Below are positions 56,021-64,000 of a stretch of 64,000 nucleotides of DNA, piece by piece (positions within the stretch are counted from its first letter, which is position 1; each line of letters opens with the position of its first letter). Source of the stretch: a virus (Duplodnaviria; Caudoviricetes). The notes below the pieces were generated by a model that saw only the letters and a program-made list of their open reading frames with translations, searched no databases and had not been told where the DNA came from. The position numbers were made by a program, and so were the translations under genes. Location of the stretch: positions 179,337 to 243,336 of the IMG/VR virus record IMGVR_UViG_3300021400_000034. One strand, 5' to 3'.

Positions 56021-57037
56021 ATGGCTAAGAACGAACTAGATAGCGCAATAGATATATGGGGTGGCAGATCACGCCAGCCTATTCTTGAGCTGTTCCCGTT
56101 CAGCCTCGAGTCGCTCGGAGAGAAGAACGGAACTCAGATAGAGTCGCTAAGGTGCTCTCCCATGTACGCTTACATAAAAGAGTTTCCGAAGATCGAGTAC
56201 GGAACTGACTGGGGCAGCTGGGATGAGAGCAACACAGCTTTCGTAACTAACAAGATCAATACTTTCGGAGGCGCTGGAGACAGCATTCCGGCTAGAATAG
56301 TTCAGATGCTAGCTGGTCCAAACTATCAGCCGCCGATCACTACTGGCAAGTGGACTCAGTTGACGGCTCAGCTGAACGACGGAGCATACATGAAGCTCAG
56401 CGCAGAGATTGTCGCGTTCCCTCTCCTCAAAGGAACGACTAAGCACGTCGAAGGTCTGAGATACGACTCTGACAACTTGAGCAGGGCTACGAACATCGGC
56501 GCAAAGAGAACGAGCAGTCTGTATGACTGGCTCAGTCTCGGTCAGAGAGCGATGATGCCAGAGCAGTTCTCTACGAAGATCATCAAAGACAACGTTATGG
56601 GAATCAAAGAGAACATTTTTGGAGAAGGAACATCGGGCAAAGCTATACTCTCTGGCGCTCACGACATGGCTCACGTCATCGACGGACTAATACCTGGAAA
56701 CGGAATCGAGTTCCAGGACGCTGTCGCAAAAGGCGTCTACGGTCTAGAGACATTCGTTCGAGGAGTATGCGGAACTCATCAGAGATTCGGACACACTTTC
56801 ACGCTGAGAATAAGAGACGACGACACAAATCTGTTCATAGACAGCACGAAGCCAATTTCTCCAGTAGACTTCTACATCACTGAGATGAAGTTCAAGTTCT
56901 CTCAGCATCTCGTGAAGATCGTTGACGACAAAGGAGAGAGAAAGGGAGTCGCTCCGGAATGGGCTGTGATAAATATCTCGTTCAAGAGCGCTTGCGCAGT
57001 CTCTAGAGATCAGATGATGCAGATGTTCACTCGCTGA
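56021..57037 (+). CDS. putative baseplate tail-tube cap (gp48/gp54-like)
   Basis: Position and size; tube-fold-like C-terminus (FYITEMKFKFS..PEWAVINISF). Confidence 0.45.
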   Translation: MAKNELDSAIDIWGGRSRQPILELFPFSLESLGEKNGTQIESLRCSPMYAYIKEFPKIEYGTDWGSWDESNTAFVTNKINTFGGAGDSIPARIVQMLAGPNYQPPITTGKWTQLTAQLNDGAYMKLSAEIVAFPLLKGTTKHVEGLRYDSDNLSRATNIGAKRTSSLYDWLSLGQRAMMPEQFSTKIIKDNVMGIKENIFGEGTSGKAILSGAHDMAHVIDGLIPGNGIEFQDAVAKGVYGLETFVRGVCGTHQRFGHTFTLRIRDDDTNLFIDSTKPISPVDFYITEMKFKFSQHLVKIVDDKGERKGVAPEWAVINISFKSACAVSRDQMMQMFTR

Positions 57038-57044
57038 GGAAACG

Positions 57045-58046
57045 ATGGCTGAAGAAAAAGAGAACAAAGAAGAAGAGAAGAAGGAAGATCTCTACTATGC
57101 CGACAAGGTATCGTTCTCTGACAGCCAGAAGAGAATGTTTCAGGGATTCAGTGAAGATCTATATGGCAACAACTGGTTCGTCTTGACGACTAACGTCGGA
57201 ACTGACGGAAGAGGAACTCAATCCTCGAAGTCGATATGTGGAATTCTTGACACTATTCCCGAGCTTTCGTTCACGACCGATGTGATCGAAGGTCCGCAGA
57301 AGGTCGTGACTGATCTAGCGAAGAAGCTTCTGCTGGACAGAGACAGCGTCCCTGGAGCTATAGGCGCTGCTCTAGGAGCTAACATAAATCCACAGCTAGG
57401 CGGTGGCTACACTAAGCAGATGCTGAAGTCAAAGGAGTTCCAGAAGGATGGATTCGATCTGGAGTTCACTGCATGGAGAGCTCCAAAAGAGATCTTCGAT
57501 CCAGACTTCGCTCCTTCTAGCCAGCAAGAAGTTCTAAGCTATCTGTCGGACAACGCCGTCGTAGAGACTACTGATGCCGTGAGCGGATTGCTCGACAGAG
57601 GAGTCGGTCAGATGATGGCTGGTCTTGGAAGCGTAGTTCCTATAGCTCTCGAGACAGCGAGCGAAGCTGGAAAGCTGATACTAGGCGGAAATGACGCGGA
57701 TCTAGCATCTCAGACGAGCGGATTCGTAGACAAGATTGGAAATTTCGTAGATGCGCTCGCTGGAGCAGCCGATACTCTTCTAGTCAGAAGCTGGTCAGAC
57801 AAGCAGAGAATCACTATGGGAAGAACGAAGTTCAACGAGAGCCTTCATCGTCTCGACATTCTTCGTGCTGGAATCTTGGACACTTACTTCATCGTCGCTA
57901 TTCAGGACTGGTCGTGCGAGCTACAGCAAGACAGCTTAGGAGAGAAGATGAAGGTGTCGATCAAGTGCACGCTAGACCAGAGAATACCTCAGTCTAGACT
58001 CCATCTATGCAATGTGAAAGAAATTGAAGGCGACAAGAGTTCCTAG
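57045..58046 (+). CDS. putative second tube-initiator/cap protein, likely paralog of the upstream gene
   Basis: Similar size; ILDTIPELSFTTD vs YIKEFPKIEYGTD. Confidence 0.45.
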   Translation: MAEEKENKEEEKKEDLYYADKVSFSDSQKRMFQGFSEDLYGNNWFVLTTNVGTDGRGTQSSKSICGILDTIPELSFTTDVIEGPQKVVTDLAKKLLLDRDSVPGAIGAALGANINPQLGGGYTKQMLKSKEFQKDGFDLEFTAWRAPKEIFDPDFAPSSQQEVLSYLSDNAVVETTDAVSGLLDRGVGQMMAGLGSVVPIALETASEAGKLILGGNDADLASQTSGFVDKIGNFVDALAGAADTLLVRSWSDKQRITMGRTKFNESLHRLDILRAGILDTYFIVAIQDWSCELQQDSLGEKMKVSIKCTLDQRIPQSRLHLCNVKEIEGDKSS

Positions 58047-58195
58047 CCGTTCTCTTCACGATACTTAGCAGCGCTCTCTGAGATCCACTTGCGTACATAC
58101 TCGTCGCCTGGATCTCGTCCTATGCGCACGCCCTCTAGCCACTTGTCTAGATTGATCTGGTCGATCTGCTTCTGCATGAACTCATGCTGGTCCAT
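58043..58195 (-). CDS. small protein, 50 aa (MDQHEFMQKQIDQINLDKWLEGVRIGRDPGDEYVRKWISESAAKYREENG), DUF4032-like
   Basis: Not in ORF track; KW.EG....DPG.....W....A..YR motif. Confidence 0.65.
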   Translation of the reverse strand: MDQHEFMQKQIDQINLDKWLEGVRIGRDPGDEYVRKWISESAAKYREENG

Positions 58196-58212
58196 AACCC
58201 ATCCCAATTTCG

Positions 58213-58566
58213 CTAGATAGATCCGTCGTGTTCGCTGTTGACGTCCGGAAACTTGTGATTGTAGTGCCTGAGCTCTGACGACTGGCGTCTGATCTTCATG
58301 CTGTTCGCTTTCTTGCGTTCTCTCTGCGTCTCTTTGGCATCTGCCTTGCGCTGACCGACCTTGCGTCCTTTCTCGCGATTCAGGATCTCTTGGTTAGTCA
58401 TCCTGACTTCTCTAGGATTCCCATACTCGTCATACTCGATGCGGTGAGTTCCTGGACGCGTCGTCTTGATCTTCTGGACGATTTTTCCGTCTCTGACCAT
58501 GCGCTTGCGCTTCATGGCCTCGGATAGAAGATTTTCAGACTCTATGAACGTGATGAAGCGCTTCAT
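58213..58566 (-). CDS. basic prohead core protein (gp68-like), paralog 2
   Basis: MKRFITFIE..LSE leader; VRDGK...RMT..E..R K/R-rich domain. Confidence 0.65.
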   Translation of the reverse strand: MKRFITFIESENLLSEAMKRKRMVRDGKIVQKIKTTRPGTHRIEYDEYGNPREVRMTNQEILNREKGRKVGQRKADAKETQRERKKANSMKIRRQSSELRHYNHKFPDVNSEHDGSI

Positions 58567-59003
58567 TTGTCCTCCAGATCTGTGAACATGAAGTTGTTGT
58601 CGAGTATAGGATATTTCTTGCTGAGGAAGTCTTTCGAGTGGTCGACCTTTCCGAGAGCGCTTCCTGTGCTCTTCGTGTCTGGCTTGCGAATTCCGATCTT
58701 GCTTCCGAGACGATTGCTCAGCTGTTGTCTCAGCTGGATCTTTCCTTGAATGGCAGCTCTCTTGATCTTTCCAGTTCTCTGACCGAGCTTGCGGTGACGA
58801 CGCTCAGCTCCAGTGATCCTCTTCTCGTGAGGAATGCCGTTCTTGTCGTACTGGATCTTGAAACCTGGCTTATCGGACTTCCACTTCTTTTTCTTCTTCC
58901 CTTTGCGGATGACGTACTTGACATGAAGAGCCTCGTCGAGCTCTTTCTCTACGTCGCCTTCCTGTTCGAGGAACTCTAGAAAACCTAGTCCATTGTCTGC
59001 CAT
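58563..59003 (-). CDS. basic prohead core protein (gp68-like), paralog 1
   Basis: FLEFLE..LDE leader; VIRKGK..PGFKI..RIT.AERR; TATAAATA on minus strand at 59008-59015. Confidence 0.65.
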   Translation of the reverse strand: MADNGLGFLEFLEQEGDVEKELDEALHVKYVIRKGKKKKKWKSDKPGFKIQYDKNGIPHEKRITGAERRHRKLGQRTGKIKRAAIQGKIQLRQQLSNRLGSKIGIRKPDTKSTGSALGKVDHSKDFLSKKYPILDNNFMFTDLEDK

Positions 59004-59010
59004 GTATTAT

Positions 59011-59121
59011 TTATACACGGCTCACTGGCAGTTTCATCGATTCGATGAGCGTCTTCTTCCAGTCGTTCACGTCCTTCTTGCTTATGCGATTTTTAGGCTT
59101 CTTTTGGTCCTTTTTGCTCAT
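59011..59121 (-). CDS. 36-aa basic early peptide (MSKKDQKKPKNRISKKDVNDWKKTLIESMKLPVSRV)
   Basis: Not in ORF track; AGGAG SD and early promoter upstream. Confidence 0.55.
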   Translation of the reverse strand: MSKKDQKKPKNRISKKDVNDWKKTLIESMKLPVSRV

Positions 59122-59152
59122 GATAGCTCCTATTTTAGGTTTCTCATAATCA

Positions 59153-59181
59153 AATATAAGTTCTAGAAAGCGTTTCGTAAA
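59153..59181 (-). promoter_or_regulatory. early-type promoter TTTACG-N17-TATATT
   Basis: Motif match. Confidence 0.75.
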
Positions 59182-59226
59182 CCCTAAAAGTTCAGATAAA
59201 TAGAATATATTCCAGAGTAGTGAACT

Positions 59227-61044
59227 ATGATAGACTCATTCAAGTATAGCAACTTAAAGCATCAGAGCACTCATGACAGGGTCGAATACAATCCAGCGTG
59301 GAACGACTATAAAGGTGACGGTCCTTTCCAAGAGAAGCGTGATGAGCTTCTGTCGAAGTATGGATGGGTATCTCCATACGAGTTCTACTACGGTTCTGCG
59401 ACGAACTCAGTCGACACTGACAACAACACGGTCATCGACTTCGACTACATCGAGAGACTCGGTGCAGCAGCAGAAGGAGTAGAAGTTGCAGATAAGGACA
59501 ACGTTCCGAACTACTTCTGGTGCGAGACTCTGTCGAACTGGTGCTACTTCAAGGTGACTGCCGTGGTTCCCAATTTCGAGAAGACTTATACTTGGGTTCC
59601 TACACCTATAAGAGCAATAGCAGCTATTTGCACTATGGGTTGGACCGAGGTCCTTGAGGAGATATCGGTAAATGGATTTTCTTGGGATCTTGTATGGAAA
59701 GCACCAGTTCATATCGTTACTTCATATTTTTCAGGAATAGCTGGATTGGTCTCTTCAGGCATTTCCGCTATTTCTGGAGGACGTGATCTTCAAGAAAGAT
59801 ATGGCGCTTTGACATTCCCTTTTCTGATATACAATGCAGTCACAGCAGCTTCACAAATAAGTACTGCAGACTGGGAAGCAGAAGATCTGATCGAAAAACA
59901 TATACCAACAGATCTAAAAGAAATCTTGATGCCCAGAATGTGTATAAGCTTATACATGTGGAATGGATATAAGCGAACATGGCAGCCTATAAAGCCGCTA
60001 ATAGATCAATTCTCAAGAATGACTAGAAATAATTCGGAATGGGAGCTACAGAAAAATATCGAGTCCGAGTTCGTTGAAAAGTTGCTAAAAGAGGGAGGAG
60101 ACTGGAAAACTCCAGAAGAAAGAGCAAAAATGGCAGACGAGTGGCTCAATAAGCATACAATAAGCGATAGTGGAAAAGAAAAATTCCGGAATGATTGTGC
60201 AACATACTCAGGTGGTGACGAACTTAGGACCGGAGAGCTCATATACCATTTAGCACACGATATGCTCACTGATCCGTGGTATGCTCCGGGTCTGATAGAA
60301 GTTGCTAATTTTGCTACTCTTGAAGCATGGTATCTAGACTGCCATTGTTTTGAGCCGTTCGTCGGTAGAACACCTCTTGCTAAACTTCAATACATAGGTG
60401 TCGACAACGGGGACTTCATCAGCTGGGGTGAGTGGCACTGGATAGAGCAGTATGGATTCTGGATGCCTCTTCCAAAAGATAAAGCTAAGCTTCGCCTATT
60501 CGCAAAGAACACTTTCCAGTTGTTCAACCGTCAGTATTCTTATATAGGACATGATAAAAGAGACCACGTCGGATGGATTCACAAGAATCTAGGTCATCCA
60601 TGCTTCTTCCGAGGAAACGACAATGAGCTGTGGATGTCATACTGGCTTCGTTGGACATCAGGTTATGGATCAGAAGACAGGAGCGGCTGGATGTGGTCTG
60701 AGACGACTAAGATGTCCGGTGTGTATGACATATCGAAGGACGACATCGCTCTGTGGGACGACATCATAAATACTATGTTCGAGAAGCACGATGACTACGG
60801 CTACGACGAGTGGCTAGTCAACGGCGAGTACGGATTGACGTACAAGAAGTTCACAGTCAACGAAGAGCAGCCGAACGAAATTCTGACAGCAGACGACTCG
60901 ACTCTAAATCCAGACAAAGCGCCACTCAACAACAGCATCGAAGAGACACCAGAAAACACGATGATCTTGTCGCTATCTACTGGAACCGTAATATCTCGTG
61001 ATGACGACAACTCGACTATCGACACCGCACAGCGCTGGAAATAA
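59227..61044 (+). CDS. Trp-rich late (probable virion) protein, 605 aa, with a mosaic centre
   Basis: GATAAATA at 59195-59202; A/T-ending codons in the central part. Confidence 0.7.
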   Translation: MIDSFKYSNLKHQSTHDRVEYNPAWNDYKGDGPFQEKRDELLSKYGWVSPYEFYYGSATNSVDTDNNTVIDFDYIERLGAAAEGVEVADKDNVPNYFWCETLSNWCYFKVTAVVPNFEKTYTWVPTPIRAIAAICTMGWTEVLEEISVNGFSWDLVWKAPVHIVTSYFSGIAGLVSSGISAISGGRDLQERYGALTFPFLIYNAVTAASQISTADWEAEDLIEKHIPTDLKEILMPRMCISLYMWNGYKRTWQPIKPLIDQFSRMTRNNSEWELQKNIESEFVEKLLKEGGDWKTPEERAKMADEWLNKHTISDSGKEKFRNDCATYSGGDELRTGELIYHLAHDMLTDPWYAPGLIEVANFATLEAWYLDCHCFEPFVGRTPLAKLQYIGVDNGDFISWGEWHWIEQYGFWMPLPKDKAKLRLFAKNTFQLFNRQYSYIGHDKRDHVGWIHKNLGHPCFFRGNDNELWMSYWLRWTSGYGSEDRSGWMWSETTKMSGVYDISKDDIALWDDIINTMFEKHDDYGYDEWLVNGEYGLTYKKFTVNEEQPNEILTADDSTLNPDKAPLNNSIEETPENTMILSLSTGTVISRDDDNSTIDTAQRWK

Positions 61045-61051
61045 ATAATAC

Positions 61052-64000
61052 ATGAGAGAAATATTCTTCAACAGCTTCAAGGAGAGAATACTCCGAGGAG
61101 AGATCCCGACAGAGTTCGAACTAAGCGGAGCTCCGGTCACCTCGAAGTTCTTTGACGCTTACGACAACTCTGACATAACTATCGAGCAGTACAGAAACCT
61201 TGCTGACTTTGACACTTATCACTCAGGAAATAGCGCGACTATTCCATCTCTCAGCGAGACGCTGTTCGAATACAGCTCTTACGGAGTCGAGTACTCTTCA
61301 TACGAGCCAGACGACATCTCAGAGAAGCCGCTCTTCGTGAACTCAGCCAACTCAGCAGAGTTCTACCGTCTCTACGACTTCGATCTCACTTCAGCTACAA
61401 GGGACTTCACACTAGAGACTATTTCAGATTCCGCTGGCGCAAACTACAACTACGGCTTCTACTATGCGATGAAGAAGTCTCATCTCAACTGGCTAGCGAA
61501 GCGCTGCAACGACGAGTATGACTTCAACAACCAGATCCGCATCGTTCTAGGTGACGACATCGGTAACCTGAATGACCAAGACACGCTAGAGAGCATGTTC
61601 TGTCCGACACCGGACAGACCGTTCCAAGGTGTGTTCGACATGAACGGACACAAGATAGTAAACAAGACCTTCCTATGCAAGAACAACAGCAACGGTCTCT
61701 TCGGCTATTTAGGAAAGAACGGAGTCGTTTGCAACGGCATAGTAGAAGACATCAGGATGGTCTGCCAGAAGCCTATTACATTGGACAAGATCAGAGATGA
61801 CTGTTCTGACGTCGTATGTGGATTCTTGGTCGGAACAAACTACGGAACTGTCCATGACATTGTCACATCTGGTACTATGCAGTTCGACGGATTCTGTCCT
61901 GACGTATATCTCGTCAACAACAAGTACGAATATGTAGAAGGTGACAATACATTCAAGAACAGCGCATACAACTGCTTCTATCCGAACAAGTTCTGTATCA
62001 ACTCGATCTATAATGTTCTTCCATACGCTGGCTACTTCACTGAAGGAGCTGACAGCTACTACAACGACATCGGAATTCCGAGCGTTCTGCACGCTAACAC
62101 GGATATTTCTACCAATTCACTATGCTCGCTCGGCTACTTGATGCACTTTGGATATAGCAATTTCAACGAATACTTCTTAAACTTCAAACACTTCTATGAA
62201 ACGAAGTGTTCTATACACGATGGATTCGACCAGACCTGGGCAAACCCGACAGAGGATATTCCTTTTGTAAGTAATATCGATCGCGCTTCGCTACGTGGAG
62301 CATCGATAGCAAAAGGCGGTAAAGAAAAGCTAGATTGGATCTATGGATATGTTCTTCAAAATATCACAGCCGACGAAAAGATATTGGATCTTGAGCAGTG
62401 GGCAACATTTGCACCAGTAATAAGCACTGAGAGCAACACTACTCTCATTGATGCGATGTCGAAGAACACTATTCAGAATCTAAAGAAGTGGAAGTCGTTC
62501 GACGGATCTAGCGAATACGACATAAAAGATCTGGATAAGAATTATGGTTATTACTATGTCAACAGAGCTTCATATCTCTGCCGTCAGTTGATCGATACAG
62601 TTAAATCGATCACTGCATTTAACAGCGAGAGAACTACACCTCACCAGAGACTGAACCCGAACGCTAGAATTGCTTACTACTGTTCTCCTATCGTTGGAAA
62701 CAACTTTGGAACTATTCACACGATAGACTGCAAACATAGGATAAAGGAATCCAGCGACACGTTTGTCGGATTCATAGGAAATGTATGCGGTAAGCAGAAC
62801 TGCGGAAATATATTACTAGTCAACTCGGTTCTTGACATCGAGCCAAACTCTGGATGCAAGCTTACTCATAAAAACTATATAAAGACTAAAGACTATGCAC
62901 CAAAATACCCAGAAGACTGGGGAAATCTATACAGCGTGTTCGGTTATAACTGGGACTACTGTCAGAGCCCTTACGGAGTAGACGAAGAAGAGTACAGCGC
63001 AAACTCCGCCGAGTGTGTCAGAGTCACTGAGTCTTATTACGACTTCAACGACTTCATATCTTCGGGCGACGACTTTGTTCCGTCTGGCGTTAACCCTGCA
63101 GCATTCAATCGCTACATATTCAACAGATACGAGAACAAAGATTCCGCTTACGGAAACTGCAACTTCGCCGTCAACAATAGCTCTACAGTCGATACGATAG
63201 GATCTGAGATACCAGACGAGATCAGAAGCGCTAAGATGAAGTTCAAGTTCACTGGCGATAATGAGCCATCCGGATTCTACATCGGATTCAACATCCATAG
63301 CGCTACGTACTACGGAAGAATCAAGTTCTACGATCCGTATAATGAAGACAAGAAGTCGAACTTTGAGTGTGAACTAGGAATGGGACAGATAGCGCAACTT
63401 ATCGCTTCCGAGCTTGATTGCGACATTCAGCACTTCGACTTGAACTATCTAGGAGACGCTGCTAAGACGCTAGCATCTTCGGACGATATAGGCGGCCTGA
63501 AAAAGCACGGTGACTACCAGCTGACACTAGAAGATGTTCTTGACTACTCACCAGCATTCAACGGTCCATGTGGAAGGACAGAAAACAATGCAAGAAGCTT
63601 CTGCCGAAATATCATGAACGCAAAGATAGCTATGGGCGGTGAGCTATTAGCAAACTCTGCTGTCTGCACTAGCGGAAAGTTCGCATGGCAAGATTTTCCG
63701 TTTGGCGGAAATAACTTAGGTCCATTCGGAACTACGAACAGCAAAGAAGATTACGACACTAGATACGAAGATGGTCTCTTCGTCATACCTTCAGGCATAG
63801 GCCCAAATCAGACTGATGAAGACTGGAATATATTCGCAGACGATGATGGCAAAAATGGTCCAGACATGTGCTGGTATATGCCTCCAGCTTCTCGTAAATA
63901 TGAAAAAGATGATGGGAAGAATGGCCCAGAAGCATTCAATTCAAGAATCTTGGGTTACTCAGAATCAGGTTCGAACGTCAAGTATTATTTGAACAACTAC
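61052..64000 (+). CDS. large virion/adhesin-like protein with GLUG-like motifs, truncated at the window end (>983 aa)
   Basis: Absent from ORF track (no stop in window); MREIFFNSFKERIL...PFQGVFDMNGHKIVN...GLFGYLGKNGVV; AATAAATA 4 nt upstream. Confidence 0.75.
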   Translation, partial: MREIFFNSFKERILRGEIPTEFELSGAPVTSKFFDAYDNSDITIEQYRNLADFDTYHSGNSATIPSLSETLFEYSSYGVEYSSYEPDDISEKPLFVNSANSAEFYRLYDFDLTSATRDFTLETISDSAGANYNYGFYYAMKKSHLNWLAKRCNDEYDFNNQIRIVLGDDIGNLNDQDTLESMFCPTPDRPFQGVFDMNGHKIVNKTFLCKNNSNGLFGYLGKNGVVCNGIVEDIRMVCQKPITLDKIRDDCSDVVCGFLVGTNYGTVHDIVTSGTMQFDGFCPDVYLVNNKYEYVEGDNTFKNSAYNCFYPNKFCINSIYNVLPYAGYFTEGADSYYNDIGIPSVLHANTDISTNSLCSLGYLMHFGYSNFNEYFLNFKHFYETKCSIHDGFDQTWANPTEDIPFVSNIDRASLRGASIAKGGKEKLDWIYGYVLQNITADEKILDLEQWATFAPVISTESNTTLIDAMSKNTIQNLKKWKSFDGSSEYDIKDLDKNYGYYYVNRASYLCRQLIDTVKSITAFNSERTTPHQRLNPNARIAYYCSPIVGNNFGTIHTIDCKHRIKESSDTFVGFIGNVCGKQNCGNILLVNSVLDIEPNSGCKLTHKNYIKTKDYAPKYPEDWGNLYSVFGYNWDYCQSPYGVDEEEYSANSAECVRVTESYYDFNDFISSGDDFVPSGVNPAAFNRYIFNRYENKDSAYGNCNFAVNNSSTVDTIGSEIPDEIRSAKMKFKFTGDNEPSGFYIGFNIHSATYYGRIKFYDPYNEDKKSNFECELGMGQIAQLIASELDCDIQHFDLNYLGDAAKTLASSDDIGGLKKHGDYQLTLEDVLDYSPAFNGPCGRTENNARSFCRNIMNAKIAMGGELLANSAVCTSGKFAWQDFPFGGNNLGPFGTTNSKEDYDTRYEDGLFVIPSGIGPNQTDEDWNIFADDDGKNGPDMCWYMPPASRKYEKDDGKNGPEAFNSRILGYSESGSNVKYYLNNY

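Noticed and set aside
36692-58046. Convergent genes with abutting or overlapping stops (36694/36695, 46766-46785, 51517-51520, 58043-58046)
   Set aside because: Consistent with ordinary genome compaction
1275-63744. Many antisense or alternate-frame ORFs in the track (e.g. 1864-2544, 24494-25084, 27805-28539, 53899-54582)
   Set aside because: Shadows of biased codon usage inside well-supported genes; no RBS or motifs
1-64000. Stop-codon reassignment
   Set aside because: Core genes are full length in code 11 and TAA, TAG and TGA all end genes
1-64000. CRISPR array, tRNAs, reverse transcriptase/DGR, integrase or transposase
   Set aside because: No spaced repeats, cloverleaf or diagnostic motifs seen; intergenic gaps are short

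Overview
A 64 kb segment of a large, divergent T4-like myophage genome, read in the standard genetic code with high coding density. The host is probably anaerobic (class III RNR). It carries T4-type head, neck, tail and baseplate homologs (gp4, gp20 portal, gp16, gp22, gp23 MCP, two gp68-like, gp6, gp19, gp13, gp14, gp15, gp5, gp26-like, putative gp29/48/54) in an order scrambled relative to T4. These are interleaved with a type IIA topoisomerase A subunit, gp46/47, UvsY, gp2, a divergent gp55 late sigma, IF-1, SpoVG, NrdH+NrdD, a MoxR/VWA cassette and three glycosyltransferases, one fused to a TupA-like ATP-grasp domain. Two promoter classes are readable directly: early TTTA(G/C)(A/G)-N17-TATATT and late (T/G)ATAAATA. 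Main second-look observations: (1) seven late genes have the late box exactly 4 nt from ATG with no Shine-Dalgarno, implying leaderless late mRNAs, and the phage IF-1 gene sits next to the late sigma; (2) a terminator loop is perfectly antisense to the shared RBS of the MoxR/VWA/peptidase genes; (3) glycosyltransferases co-occur with virion proteins rich in Ser-Ala/Ser-Gly motifs (candidate virion glycosylation); (4) many unrelated proteins carry T4-like capsid-targeting N-termini. All family assignments are by motif recognition, without database searches.
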